Below, in pieces: positions 9,332 through 19,359 of a DNA stretch of 64,000 nt. Below the pieces are notes generated by a model, which did not search any database, had not been told where the DNA came from, and saw only the letters and a list, made by a program, of their open reading frames with translations. The translations under genes and the position numbers were made by a program. The first letter of the stretch is position 1; the number at the start of each line of letters is the position of its first letter. The stretch spans positions 233,372-297,371 of the forward strand of contig CAZELA010000001.1 in assembly GCA_964512835.1 (NCBI GenBank). Direction: 5' to 3'. Source of the stretch: an uncultured Candidatus Saccharibacteria bacterium (GTDB lineage: Bacteria > Patescibacteriota > Minisyncoccia > Phycocordibacterales > UBA2100).

Positions 9332-10543
9332 TTAGATGCTGGGCGAAAGCGCCTTCCAGGCCCCCATGCGTCGACGGCGCAGGTAGTTCGGAAGCTCGTC
9401 CACGGGGACTGCATCCTGGGAATTTGTGGCAACTTCTCGGACCAAGATGGTGTTCTCCATTGCCTCCTTGTAGCCCATGATCAGGATGTACGGTACCGCC
9501 AGCTCCTTGGCTTTAATCATCTGTTCGCCGATCTTGTCGTAGAGCAGGGACTGATGGACCGGTATCTCTGCGCGGCGCAGACTCTCGAGGACCATGAGCG
9601 CCCGGCGTCGCGCCTCGGGACCGAGGTGCGCGAAGTAAATAGACGGGAGTGCACGGTTTTCGCGCTTGAATTTCGTCTTGCCCCGCACTTCGCAGGTGAT
9701 GGAGATCATTGCGGCCGGAATGTGCTTTGCAGCGAAGCGGGTCGCGAGCGGATCATAGCGGCCGCCGAGCGCGAATCCTACACGGCCCCCTGTCTCTTCG
9801 TCGGTCGACGAGATCTCGTAGAGCGAATGTGCCCAGCAGTCACGGGAGCCCAGAACGTGCGGGGAGAGTTCGTAGGGGAGGCCGAACACTTCCAGATATT
9901 CGAGCAAGTCCCAGAATCGGCGGCGCTCATCTTCGGTAAGGTATTCCATCGACTGGGGAGCGCGCGGCGTGGCAGGGTGACCTTTCTCGATCAGCTGCAC
10001 GAGCGTACCGAGCGGATCAGTGGCAGCACGCGGTCGAAGCGTCGGAGAAATGGAGTCGATATGCTTGCGCAGGTAGGATCCGATGTCGCGAACGAAACGG
10101 TTCGACGATTCGTGAGAACCGATGTTGTTGATCGAGAGGTAGCGGTTCTTTACGCCGCTTTCCTCGGCGATGGTGTTCGCTACGACAAGCAGGATTGCTT
10201 CGGCTATCGCCGACTGTGAACCGAGCACGTGCAATTCAAACGAAACCGTCTGGCCGTCACCCTGCCCCTGGGCAGTGCGCCACGCAAGCAGCGTGCCTTG
10301 CTGCGCACGTGCGACCGAAACGGCGCGACGTGCAACGGAAGCAAGTGCGCGCTCATCGCGACGTGCGAAGCTGATATCGGACTCACTCTTTGCCTGCTGC
10401 ACCTTGCGAGCGGCTTCGTCGCGTTCCTTTGTCTGACCTTTCATTTCGTCCAATGGAACGAATCCGTAATATTCTGCGATTTTAATCGCATTCTGCAGGA
10501 ACTCCGCAGTATTCCCGTGGGCTGTGTCTTTCAGTCTGATCAT
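9332..10543 (-). CDS. hisS: histidyl-tRNA synthetase-like class II aaRS (HisS/HisZ family); motif 2 appears degenerate
   Basis: HisRS-specific GGRYD, FELHVLGSQSAIAEAILL and NIGS region, C-terminal anticodon-binding domain; the FRxERPQxGRxRQFxQ arginines are not recognisable. Confidence 0.6.
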   Translation of the reverse strand: MIRLKDTAHGNTAEFLQNAIKIAEYYGFVPLDEMKGQTKERDEAARKVQQAKSESDISFARRDERALASVARRAVSVARAQQGTLLAWRTAQGQGDGQTVSFELHVLGSQSAIAEAILLVVANTIAEESGVKNRYLSINNIGSHESSNRFVRDIGSYLRKHIDSISPTLRPRAATDPLGTLVQLIEKGHPATPRAPQSMEYLTEDERRRFWDLLEYLEVFGLPYELSPHVLGSRDCWAHSLYEISSTDEETGGRVGFALGGRYDPLATRFAAKHIPAAMISITCEVRGKTKFKRENRALPSIYFAHLGPEARRRALMVLESLRRAEIPVHQSLLYDKIGEQMIKAKELAVPYILIMGYKEAMENTILVREVATNSQDAVPVDELPNYLRRRRMGAWKALSPSI

Positions 10544-10551
10544 AGTGCGCT

Positions 10552-11202
10552 CTATGAATTAACGTTTGTAATGGAGGAGTCGTCGAAATGAACCGTTCCG
10601 GGAAGAATGCCTATTTTGTCGAACGGGAAGAGTCGCAGGACTGCACGGCCGACGATATCTTCGCGGGGGAGTACACCCCATGAACGTGAGTCTGCGGATA
10701 CGCGCCGGTTGTCGCCCAGAACATAAAACTGATCAGGGCCGAGAGTGATCTTCGTATCCGTAGGGCCGCCGAAGTTGTTCGGGTCGATGTAGCTTTCATC
10801 GAGCTTAAAGCCGTTGGGGTGCGCGGCGTTCGAGATGATTACGTCGTTGCCTTCAAGTGATACGGTCTCGCCGGGGAGGCCGATGACGCGCTTAATGAGT
10901 GCGCGGGATGTGTCTTGCGGGAGATCGAGCACGATCACGTCGCCGCGCTGCGGTTCTTCGAAACCGTACGTAACGCGATCGATGATGAGATAGTGGTAAT
11001 CATAGAAGGTCGGCACCATCGAAGCCCCGGAAACCACATATGGAGCGGCGATGAAGAATCGTATGAAGAATGCGAGGCCGAGCGCCGCGATCGTATAGAT
11101 AATGAGTGATCGAGTCGACGATGCGTCCCCGTCAACGGGAGTGTGCGGTGCACCTGTTTGCGTCGGTGTACCTGCATCAGTTGTGTGGAGTGTATCGTTC
11201 AT
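10552..11202 (-). CDS. lepB: signal peptidase I
   Basis: S26 motifs GASMVPTF and GDNRRVSADSRSWG; N-terminal TM. Confidence 0.8.
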   Translation of the reverse strand: MNDTLHTTDAGTPTQTGAPHTPVDGDASSTRSLIIYTIAALGLAFFIRFFIAAPYVVSGASMVPTFYDYHYLIIDRVTYGFEEPQRGDVIVLDLPQDTSRALIKRVIGLPGETVSLEGNDVIISNAAHPNGFKLDESYIDPNNFGGPTDTKITLGPDQFYVLGDNRRVSADSRSWGVLPREDIVGRAVLRLFPFDKIGILPGTVHFDDSSITNVNS

Positions 11203-11320
11203 AGCGATACCAACCCCTGGTTGAGCGACTTTCCATTAGAACCACATCCAACGGATTTCATGTGCGAGCATCATACTCTGTGAGTGCCGTTGACACAAAG
11301 TCTTTGGCATCGCGCACCGC

Positions 11321-11432
11321 ATATTTTTTTTATTTTTATAAAAAATTTTCAAAAAAAATCAGAAAAAATATTTTTGAACAAAAATTATCGCAGACTTTTT
11401 TGTAAAATCACAATTTTTTCTGTGGATTGCGC
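11321..11432. promoter_or_regulatory. near-pure A/T tract in the divergent lepB / pth intergenic region
   Basis: About 110 bp of almost 100% AT in a 55-58% GC context; contains TGTGGATT (one mismatch from a DnaA-box reverse complement). Confidence 0.4.
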
Positions 11433-11473
11433 ACGGTGACTGTTCGCGTGAGCGGATGCTATGATGCGCCGCA

Positions 11474-12064
11474 ATGACTTGGGTCGTTACAGGACTCGGG
11501 AACCCCGGTCCCGAATACGAGAATACCCGCCACAACGCCGGGAGGATGGCCGTTGTGCATTTTGCAAAGCACGCGGGTGCGCCCGCGTGGAAAGAGGATA
11601 AGCGGTCGCAGTCACTGACCGCCGGAGCCGCGATTAAAACGGCGATGGTTGCCCTTCAACTCCCGAATACCTTTATGAATAAGTCCGGAGCGGCTGTTTC
11701 TAAGCTCGTAAAGGGCGTAAAGGCGGCTGAGAAGCTCATCGTTGTGTATGACGATCTTGATTTGCCGATCGGTACCATCAAGTTGTCGTTTGACCGAGGT
11801 TCCGGAGGGCATAAGGGTGTTGAATCGATCATGACGACACTGAAAACAAAGAAATTTACCCGGATTCGTATCGGTATCTCGCCGCACACGGCGGCAGGAA
11901 AGATACAGAAACCCGATAGCGACTCAGTGGCGGATAATTTCATTCTCAAGACGTTCAAGCCGTCCGAAATGGACGAACTCAAGAAGGTGTTCAAGCGTGT
12001 GGCCGAAGCAATCGAGGCGATCGTGGCGGACGGACCCGCCATCGCGATGAATCACTTCAATTAG
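11474..12064 (+). CDS. pth: peptidyl-tRNA hydrolase
   Basis: GLGNPGPEYENTRHNAG N-terminal signature. Confidence 0.9.
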   Translation: MTWVVTGLGNPGPEYENTRHNAGRMAVVHFAKHAGAPAWKEDKRSQSLTAGAAIKTAMVALQLPNTFMNKSGAAVSKLVKGVKAAEKLIVVYDDLDLPIGTIKLSFDRGSGGHKGVESIMTTLKTKKFTRIRIGISPHTAAGKIQKPDSDSVADNFILKTFKPSEMDELKKVFKRVAEAIEAIVADGPAIAMNHFN

Positions 12065-12138
12065 TGAGAGGTGTGTTGACCCCCGAGAAGTGGTGTGGTT
12101 ATCTGCACCCGGTATCACAGTAGAAAGGAGTGCCCGCA

Positions 12139-12429
12139 ATGGAGTTCCCATTGTTTCCATCCATCGAAAAGGTTCGTGACGGGCAGTGTCTTGTCACGAC
12201 GGAACCGGTTTTCGTCAGTGAGATCCGCAGCTATCCGGCAGGAACTCGGGTGATCGTCCGTGCAGCGACGCGCGACATCGACGCGAAGGGGTACGTATCA
12301 GGCTCATGGCTCTGGGTGGAGTTGCCCGACGGTACTGAGCTCGGCTATCCGCGGACCTCGCTGCGCAGGACGTTCCTGATCTACTGCTTCATCTGTGCGT
12401 GTAATAAAAGAAAGGGACCGGGGGCGTAA
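12139..12429 (+). CDS. hypothetical protein
   Basis: RBS GAAAGGAG 6 nt upstream of ATG; 96 aa; terminator hairpin at about 12405-12450. Confidence 0.35.
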   Translation: MEFPLFPSIEKVRDGQCLVTTEPVFVSEIRSYPAGTRVIVRAATRDIDAKGYVSGSWLWVELPDGTELGYPRTSLRRTFLIYCFICACNKRKGPGA

Positions 12430-12543
12430 ATGCATCCGGTCTTTCTTCTTTGGTGTTCGTGAGGCAAAGCCGGATTGCTATTGAATATCAGATACGCTTC
12501 TGTACTATCGCGAGGGAATACAACGGATACGGAGGATATCGGC

Positions 12544-12969
12544 ATGAAGGTAGTACACCTTGTAGTGCTGCTCCTTATGGGAGGCGCGGTCTCGGCCTAC
12601 GGGCACGACCATCCGAAATCGTTTGCGGGAGGGAACGGCGATTGGTTCAACACGCTTCCGCGTCCCGATAACGACAAGAATCCGGATCGGGACGCAAAAT
12701 CGAAACTATGTTGTACGAACGAAGACGTTGCCACGGTGCAGACGCGGATGGAGTTGCCGCCGGGAGGAAAGTACGAGGAGGCCGTGTGGTATGTCTGGAT
12801 CAATGTCTACCGGGCGAACGGTAAGCTCGAAAAAGACTGGGTCCGGGTGCCGGAGGATAAAATAGTGCACGAGCGTCCGCCGAACGGTGACGAGATCTCG
12901 GCGTACATCTATCTGATGGTCAGTGGGACTGCTATTACATGCTTCGTTCCACCACCACCGCCGACGTGA
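12544..12969 (+). CDS. hypothetical secreted protein
   Basis: Signal peptide MKVVHLVVLLLMGGAVSAYG; 141 aa; terminator GACCCGG...CCGGGTC at about 12985-13012. Confidence 0.45.
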   Translation: MKVVHLVVLLLMGGAVSAYGHDHPKSFAGGNGDWFNTLPRPDNDKNPDRDAKSKLCCTNEDVATVQTRMELPPGGKYEEAVWYVWINVYRANGKLEKDWVRVPEDKIVHERPPNGDEISAYIYLMVSGTAITCFVPPPPPT

Positions 12970-13081
12970 TGCATGCCTGTTGCGAAAAGACCCGGACAAT
13001 ACCGGGTCTTTATCATGTGACGCATTTTTATTTTACCCGTTCCTCTGGTAGGGTCAGGTCGGTCATTGAAGGAGGGTATGC

Positions 13082-13534
13082 ATGACTGCGACACCTGCGA
13101 TCCTGTTCGGCGGAGACTACTTCTGGTGGTGCTCCAATTTCGCCGCATTCCGGATGATCTGGGGTGGTCTGGTGTGGGATACGTCGGAACACATCTATCA
13201 GGCGGAGAAGTTTACCGACCCTGCGCTCCGGGCGTGGGTTCGCGAGGCGGAGTCGCCGCACGAGGCGAAACGTCGTGCGAATGAGCGCAAGGATGCGTGG
13301 CGCCCGGACTGGTACGCGGTCCGCGACTCCATCATGGAGAAAGTCGTTGCCGAAAAGGCGCGACAGCACCCGTGGGTCGCCAGGAAGCTTGAGGCAACCG
13401 GTGACCGCGAGATCGTCGAGAACGCGCCCTGGGATGAATACTGGGGTAACGGTAAAACCGGTACCGGGTTGAACAAGCTCGGCAAGACGTGGATGAAAGT
13501 TCGCGCGGATCGGCGCATTGCCGCGCATGTCTGA
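13082..13534 (+). CDS. NADAR (YbiA-like, DUF1768) domain protein
   Basis: FWWCSNFAAF...WDTSEHIYQAEKF...HEAKRRAN matches the NADAR/YbiA N-glycosidase family pattern; RBS AAGGAGGG. Confidence 0.65.
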   Translation: MTATPAILFGGDYFWWCSNFAAFRMIWGGLVWDTSEHIYQAEKFTDPALRAWVREAESPHEAKRRANERKDAWRPDWYAVRDSIMEKVVAEKARQHPWVARKLEATGDREIVENAPWDEYWGNGKTGTGLNKLGKTWMKVRADRRIAAHV

Positions 13535-13547
13535 TCGTTGGATCACG

Positions 13548-13582
13548 AAAAAAGCCCGACACACGGTGTGTCGGGCTTTTCC
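13548..13582. terminator. bidirectional terminator (NADAR / rpsA convergent)
   Basis: AAAAAAGCCCGACACACGGTGTGTCGGGCTTTTCC. Confidence 0.7.
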
Positions 13583-13595
13583 TTTTGTCGTTCGC

Positions 13596-14705
13596 TTACG
13601 CGATCGGCTTGAGAGTCATGCGGCGCTCCTTCGGTTCGAAGAAGGTGATCGTGAACTGATACACCTTGCCGAGTTCAAGCTTCGAGCGAAGTTCGTCTTC
13701 GCTGCCGAATTCGGAAATGTGTACGAGTCCTGCGACGCCTTCCTCGATGGAGGCGAGTGCACCGTGCTTGTTGTATTTGATGACAACCGCTTCCACCTGC
13801 TGATCTTTCTTGTACTTTGCTGCAGCAGCCTTCCACGGGTCTTCGACGAGGGCCTTGATCGAGAGCGACACCTTGTCGTCCTTGATCTCGATGACCTTCA
13901 CTTTCACCGGTTCACCGACCTTGTAACGGGTCTTCGGGTTTTCAACGAGTGCCCAATCCATTTCGGAGATGTGAACGAGTCCTTCGAGCGAGTCTTCGAG
14001 TTTAACGAAGACGCCGAACTCGGTCGCGCCGGTGACGACGCCGTCGAGCACGTCGCCCACGTTGTACTTGCCGACGAGCGATGCGCGCTCAGAGGTGCCT
14101 GCACCCTTTTCCGAGAAGATGAGCTTTTGCTCCTTCGGATTTGCGGTGATGACCATAACTTCGAGCTTCGTGCCGATCATCTTCTTGAGCTCGACAAAGA
14201 TCTTGTCCTTATCGCCGTCCGGAACGCGCGGGTAGTGCGCCGGAGAGAGCTGGGAGGCAGGGAGGAAGCCCTGAATCCCGTTCCAGTTGATGATAAGGCC
14301 GCCCTTGTTGGCATCCGTGATCGGAAGCTCGAATACAGTCTTCTTTTGTGATGCCTGTTCGGCTTCGTTCCAGATGAGTGCCTGTCGTGCCTCGCGGAGC
14401 GACAGCTCGATGTAGCCGTCGGCGTTTTCGCTGCCGACTACCTTTGCGGTTACCAAGTCGCCGATATTGACGTTCTTGAGGGTTTCGCGTGCCGAGAGGT
14501 ATTCGCGGCCGTAAATAATACCCGTACCGAACGGGTGGAGATCGACGTACACGCGTGCACGTCCGATCGCGACGACCGGTCCTTCGACCACGTCGTCAAT
14601 TACCGGCACCTTCGGTGCGGTAAGGAGAAGCTCGGCCATCGGGCCTTTTTTCTCCTGCACTACTTCGACATCGGTATCCTCGATGTCTTTGATGTTTTCT
14701 GCCAT
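13596..14705 (-). CDS. rpsA: 30S ribosomal protein S1 (short, 4 S1 domains)
   Basis: Repeated S1 OB-fold motifs (GxV.G.V...FGAFV-like) across 369 aa. Confidence 0.85.
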   Translation of the reverse strand: MAENIKDIEDTDVEVVQEKKGPMAELLLTAPKVPVIDDVVEGPVVAIGRARVYVDLHPFGTGIIYGREYLSARETLKNVNIGDLVTAKVVGSENADGYIELSLREARQALIWNEAEQASQKKTVFELPITDANKGGLIINWNGIQGFLPASQLSPAHYPRVPDGDKDKIFVELKKMIGTKLEVMVITANPKEQKLIFSEKGAGTSERASLVGKYNVGDVLDGVVTGATEFGVFVKLEDSLEGLVHISEMDWALVENPKTRYKVGEPVKVKVIEIKDDKVSLSIKALVEDPWKAAAAKYKKDQQVEAVVIKYNKHGALASIEEGVAGLVHISEFGSEDELRSKLELGKVYQFTITFFEPKERRMTLKPIA

Positions 14706-14874
14706 TGTGTTGAGCGTTTGGGGTCTTGCTCCTTACGCTACCGAGGTCTATCGGAAGCAAGATGTAACCCGCACACTGAAACTAATAAATGGTCCGTGCA
14801 CTATATATAGAGCGCGACGCTTATGCAAGACGCCGCTCGAGGCGACGGGCGCAGATATGGTACTATGCCGTTTC

Positions 14875-15339
14875 ATGATGAAGCGAGTCGCAGAACTTCA
14901 GGAAAAAGTAGGCTCCCGGGCCGGCGGTTTTTTGCATGAATTCTGGGCGTTCGCCGCAAAAGGAAACGTATTCGACCTCGCGGTCGCCGTTATCCTCGGT
15001 AACTCGTTCGGTGCGGTTGTTAACTCATTCGTCGCGGATGTCGCAATGCCGACGCTCTCGATCGCGACCGGCGGACTTGAGGACTTGAGCGGACTCAAGT
15101 ACCAGCTCAGCAATAACGTGGTGATCAGTTACGGGCACCTGATGCAGGTGTTTCTGAATTTCATCATCATCGCACTCTCCATTTTCCTTATGTTTAAAGT
15201 AATTTCGAGCCTGCGAAAGCGACTCGCAAAGAAAGAGGAGGCGAATCCCGAGGTGAAACCGGAACCCACCGACGACCAGAAGTTGTTGATCGAAATACGC
15301 GATCTTCTGAAAGCGAATCTTCATTCGCACAAAGACTAA
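14875..15339 (+). CDS. mscL: large-conductance mechanosensitive channel
   Basis: EFWAFAAKGNVFDLAVAVILGNSFGAVVNSFVADVAMP matches the MscL N-terminus; ATG at 14875 inside the longer track ORF. Confidence 0.85.
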   Translation: MMKRVAELQEKVGSRAGGFLHEFWAFAAKGNVFDLAVAVILGNSFGAVVNSFVADVAMPTLSIATGGLEDLSGLKYQLSNNVVISYGHLMQVFLNFIIIALSIFLMFKVISSLRKRLAKKEEANPEVKPEPTDDQKLLIEIRDLLKANLHSHKD

Positions 15340-15341
15340 GA

Positions 15342-15372
15342 AAAAAGCCCGGGAACCCGGGCTTTTCAATGT
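15342..15372. terminator. bidirectional terminator
   Basis: AAAAAAGCCCGGGAACCCGGGCTTTTCAATG. Confidence 0.7.
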
Positions 15373-15385
15373 GCGATCGCGACGC

Positions 15386-15637
15386 TCAGGTGCGACGGAT
15401 GATGTTGTTTGTCCCTTGCGTGTGCTCGCGGTGCGTTTTGAAGCACGCATGGAGCGCATTACCGGTCGACGCTTCAACGTCGAAGCTGCGTGCCCGGTTC
15501 TCGTCCGCCTTGTCGTAGTACCAGCACGTGAACGTGCGGACAATCGGTGCCGACGGGTCTTCCGCGTATTGCGACAGTGCCAGCGCACCGGACATCGTTA
15601 CAAGCAGGGCGCATGCGGCGGCGATAAGTGCTTTCAT
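15386..15637 (-). CDS. small secreted cysteine-containing hypothetical protein
   Basis: Internal ATG of the track ORF gives an 83-aa protein with signal peptide MKALIAAACALLVTMSGALA; the longer N-terminus overlaps the downstream divergent gene. Confidence 0.4.
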   Translation of the reverse strand: MKALIAAACALLVTMSGALALSQYAEDPSAPIVRTFTCWYYDKADENRARSFDVEASTGNALHACFKTHREHTQGTNNIIRRT

Positions 15638-15761
15638 TTCGTCCCTCGTGGAGGCGTTAGAGTTGACCGCGAATATAATCCTACTGTTATTGAACATTGT
15701 CAAATCGCCACAGAACACGAGTGAATTCGGTTTTTGATTTGACCGCGGTATACTGCGCCGC

Positions 15762-16382
15762 ATGATTTTGACATTCCACGATGGCTCATGCATTCGCGCG
15801 AGCGCGGGCGACACGACAGTAGTGTTCGGTCCCGTATCCAAGCAGTCCAAGAACTTTAAGCCGACTAATTTCGGTGCCGACGTTGCGTTTATATCGCTCA
15901 ATCATGCGGATATGAACGGGGCAGAAGAAGCCGGCCGAGGCGAAAAGCAGCCGTTCGTCGTATTCGGTCCGGGTGAGTACGAGGTGAAGGAGATCACCGC
16001 GTCCGGCTATCCTGCGGGATCGATGTACGACAAAGAGGGCAAGATCAATACCGTGTATTCGATTCACTTCGACGGGCTGTCGGTCCTGTACCTTGGTGCG
16101 CTCGGTGATATGGATTTGCCGCACGAGGTGTTGGAAATGGATTCGCCGGACATACTCATTGTACCGATCGGAGGCGAAGGGACGCTCAATCCTGCTGAGG
16201 CCGAAAAGCTAGCGGTCAAACTCGAGGCAAAAATCGTGATTCCGATTCTCTACGACGACAAGACCCTTAAAACCTTCCTGAAGGAAGCCGGTGCCGAAGG
16301 CACGAAACCGGTGGACAAGCTCACGCTCAAGCCGCGCGACCTTGCAGGAAAACAGGGCGAGGTCGTCGTTTTGGGTGCATAA
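15762..16382 (+). CDS. metallo-beta-lactamase-fold metal-dependent hydrolase (UPF0173-like)
   Basis: MILTFHDGSCIRA...ADVAFISLNHADMNG resembles the MBL superfamily III N-terminus. Confidence 0.5.
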   Translation: MILTFHDGSCIRASAGDTTVVFGPVSKQSKNFKPTNFGADVAFISLNHADMNGAEEAGRGEKQPFVVFGPGEYEVKEITASGYPAGSMYDKEGKINTVYSIHFDGLSVLYLGALGDMDLPHEVLEMDSPDILIVPIGGEGTLNPAEAEKLAVKLEAKIVIPILYDDKTLKTFLKEAGAEGTKPVDKLTLKPRDLAGKQGEVVVLGA

Positions 16383-16389
16383 TAGCGAT

Positions 16390-16725
16390 ATGGTGGTTCA
16401 ACGAACCCTCAATAAGATCGAAGAACTGAAAGAACGTCCTCATCATGAACGTCGCGCGGTAGCGATGTACTGGGCGGTGGGTGTTGTCGGTTTCCTCGTG
16501 CTGTTTTGGGGATTCTTTACACTGCGAACGCTCGGTAGGACTGCGATGCGCTTGAATGCGCCGCGGGCAAGCGCGGTTGCGGTAGAGACTGCGCCACAGG
16601 GAAATCCGTCGGCAGCGTCTGCGGCTTCGGCAGCGGCGGCACTCGAGGCTAGTAGCGGTGCACAGCCGCAGGGCTACACTGCGAGTTCAACGAACGGCAC
16701 AGTAGACATCATCAAGATTCGGTAG
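16390..16725 (+). CDS. hypothetical membrane-anchored protein
   Basis: ATG at 16390; one TM (AVGVVGFLVLFWGFFTL); Ala/Ser-rich tail. Confidence 0.4.
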   Translation: MVVQRTLNKIEELKERPHHERRAVAMYWAVGVVGFLVLFWGFFTLRTLGRTAMRLNAPRASAVAVETAPQGNPSAASAASAAAALEASSGAQPQGYTASSTNGTVDIIKIR

Positions 16726-16809
16726 GGCAAATAAATGGCTTAGATACGGGGTTTTTTCAGCAATTCATTACTGGCAGTTATACTTCATTTTTGATAGAAT
16801 TCAGGGTAT

Positions 16810-19320
16810 ATGGCGCGCGCAAAAAAGAACGACACCCCGTCAGATGACGACAAGGGTGCAGGATCAGACATAGCTACCGGTAATGTAATCGCACGATCAA
16901 TCACGCAGGAAATGCGAGAATCGTATCTCGATTACGCGATGACGGTTATTACCGCGCGCGCACTCCCTGATGTGCGAGACGGTTTCAAGCCTGTGCACCG
17001 ACGCATCATGTATGCGATGCAGGAAGCAGGTCTTACTGCGAATGCAAAGACCCGAAAGTCGGCAACGGTCGTCGGAGATGTGCTCGGTAAATATCACCCG
17101 CACGGCGACGCATCGGTGTACGACGCGATGGTGAAAATGGCGCAGGACTTTTCGATGCGCTATCCGCTCGTAATCGGTCAGGGAAACTTCGGATCTATCG
17201 ACGGCGACGGTGCGGCAGCGTACCGCTACACGGAGGCGAAGATGTCTCGCATGGGAGGCGAAATGCTTCGCGATATCGACAAAGAAACTGTCGATTTTCG
17301 CCCAAACTACGACAATACAAAACAGGAACCGACGGTTCTCCCGACCACGATTCCGAACCTCCTCTTGAACGGCACGCTCGGTATTGCCGTCGGTATGGCA
17401 TCGAACATTGCACCGCACAATTTGCGCGAAGTGGGCGAGGCTGCAGTGCATCTCATCGAGAACCCGGAAGCTACGACGGAAGACTTGCTGCAATTCGTAC
17501 AGGGGCCGGACTTCCCGACAGGTTGCATCGCATTTAATAAAAAAGACATTGCGGCCGCATATACGACGGGTCGCGGACCGGTCGTCGTGCGTGGCAATGC
17601 CGAGATCGTTGAAGGTAAAAAGGGTGACTACCAAATCATCATTACCTCGATTCCGTACCGTGTGGTGAAGGCAGACCTCATCACCAAGGTCGCTGATCTT
17701 GTGCAGGAGAAAAAGCTCGAAGGAATCCGAGACATTCGTGATGAATCAACAAAGGATATCCGTATCGTCATTGAGCTCAAGAACAACGCAAACGCGCAGA
17801 CCGTTCTCAATTATCTGTACAAGCACACACAGCTCGAGGATACGTTCCACTACAACATGGTGGCACTCGTCGACGGCGTTCCGCAGACGCTTTCGCTCAA
17901 AGCAATGCTTGAGTACTACGTTGCGCACCGCAAAGAGGTCGTGACACGCCGCACCAAGTACGATCTGAAGATCGCCGAGGCGCGCGAGCACATCCTGCTC
18001 GGTCTGAAGAAAGCACTCGACCACCTCGACGAGATTATCGCGCTCATCCGTAAGTCAAAGACCGTCGATGATGCTCGCTCGGGCCTCATGACGAAGTTCA
18101 AGTTCTCCGAAATCCAGGCACAGGCGATCCTTGACCTCCGACTCCAGAAGCTTGCAGCTCTCGAGCGCCAGAAGATCGAAGACGAATTGAAGGAAGTTCA
18201 GGCGCTTATCGAAGAGCTTCGTGCGCTCCTTAAGAGCGAAAAGAAACTCATGGATCTCATCAAGAAGGAGATTCGCGAGGTTGTCGAGAAATACGGTGAC
18301 GACCGCAGAACAAAGATCGTAAAGGGTGGTGCGACCATTCTCTCGGCAGAAGATCTTGTTGCCGACGACGAGTCGGTGCTGGTGCTCACATCAGGCGGCT
18401 ACATCAAGCGCACTAATCCCAGCGAATATCGACGCCAGAAGCGCGGTGGCGTGGGTGTCGTGGACCTTGATACCAAGGAAGAGGACTTTGTGACGCAGTT
18501 TTTGACCGCGTCGGCACATTCCGACCTCCTGTTCTTCTCGGATCGCGGAAAGGCATACCAGCTCAAAATGTACGAACTGCCGGAGGGTAAGCGTGCTACG
18601 AAGGGCAAATCTATCATGAACTTCCTTTCGCTCGAGCAGGGTGAACAGATCACCTCGATTCTCTCGATGCCGAAAGAAAAGAAGGCCGCTGACGACCTCT
18701 CGCTGCTCATGGCAACGAAAAACGGCACCGTGAAGCGCGTAGCCGCATCCAACTTTAAAGAAGTTCGACGCTCCGGCCTGATCGCCATCGGTTTGGATAA
18801 GGGCGACTCACTCATATCCGCTGAATTCGTGCGAAAGGGCGACGACGCGCTGCTCGTGACCGCAAAGGGTCAGTCGATCCGGTTTGCTGCGGATGACGTG
18901 CGTGAAATGGGCCGACAGGCGGCGGGTGTGCGCGGTATGAAGCTCGGTTCAGCGGACTCCATTGTAGGTGCCGGTGTTATTCCGAAAGGCTCAAAAGATG
19001 CGGAGCTGCTTGTAGTCTCATCGACCGGATACGGCAAAAAGACAAAGCTTTCCGAATACAAGACACAGGGGCGAGGAGGTTCCGGTATTAAAACGATGTC
19101 GATTACCGCGAAGACAAAACAATTGGTCGGCGGATACGTCCTGTTGAAAGACGGTGAACTCGTTGCTATGTCGAAGAAGTCGCAGACCATCCGTACGGGA
19201 CTCGACGAGATTCCGACCCTGTCGCGTGCAACGCAGGGAGTTCGCGTAATGAAAATGCGCGATGGAGACGAAGTCGCATCGTTCGTAGTCTTCGAGGCAG
19301 AGGAAGAGGGTAAGGAATAG
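16810..19320 (+). CDS. gyrA: DNA gyrase subunit A
   Basis: [28 protein letters not shown] active-site region, 836 aa, C-terminal beta-pinwheel repeats. Confidence 0.95.
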   Translation: MARAKKNDTPSDDDKGAGSDIATGNVIARSITQEMRESYLDYAMTVITARALPDVRDGFKPVHRRIMYAMQEAGLTANAKTRKSATVVGDVLGKYHPHGDASVYDAMVKMAQDFSMRYPLVIGQGNFGSIDGDGAAAYRYTEAKMSRMGGEMLRDIDKETVDFRPNYDNTKQEPTVLPTTIPNLLLNGTLGIAVGMASNIAPHNLREVGEAAVHLIENPEATTEDLLQFVQGPDFPTGCIAFNKKDIAAAYTTGRGPVVVRGNAEIVEGKKGDYQIIITSIPYRVVKADLITKVADLVQEKKLEGIRDIRDESTKDIRIVIELKNNANAQTVLNYLYKHTQLEDTFHYNMVALVDGVPQTLSLKAMLEYYVAHRKEVVTRRTKYDLKIAEAREHILLGLKKALDHLDEIIALIRKSKTVDDARSGLMTKFKFSEIQAQAILDLRLQKLAALERQKIEDELKEVQALIEELRALLKSEKKLMDLIKKEIREVVEKYGDDRRTKIVKGGATILSAEDLVADDESVLVLTSGGYIKRTNPSEYRRQKRGGVGVVDLDTKEEDFVTQFLTASAHSDLLFFSDRGKAYQLKMYELPEGKRATKGKSIMNFLSLEQGEQITSILSMPKEKKAADDLSLLMATKNGTVKRVAASNFKEVRRSGLIAIGLDKGDSLISAEFVRKGDDALLVTAKGQSIRFAADDVREMGRQAAGVRGMKLGSADSIVGAGVIPKGSKDAELLVVSSTGYGKKTKLSEYKTQGRGGSGIKTMSITAKTKQLVGGYVLLKDGELVAMSKKSQTIRTGLDEIPTLSRATQGVRVMKMRDGDEVASFVVFEAEEEGKE

Positions 19321-19359
19321 TCCCCATATTCAGAATGTAATTCGAGATACCGCCACGTC

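Noticed and set aside
11321-11432. AT tract as chromosomal origin (oriC)
   Set aside because: No dnaA, dnaN or gidA gene is nearby, and only one imperfect DnaA box was seen. Promoter/UP-element is the more conservative reading, so the tract is kept as a finding with that caveat.
13518-14351. 277-aa ORF antisense to rpsA
   Set aside because: It is the opposite strand of a clearly recognisable S1-domain gene. High GC generates long antisense ORFs.
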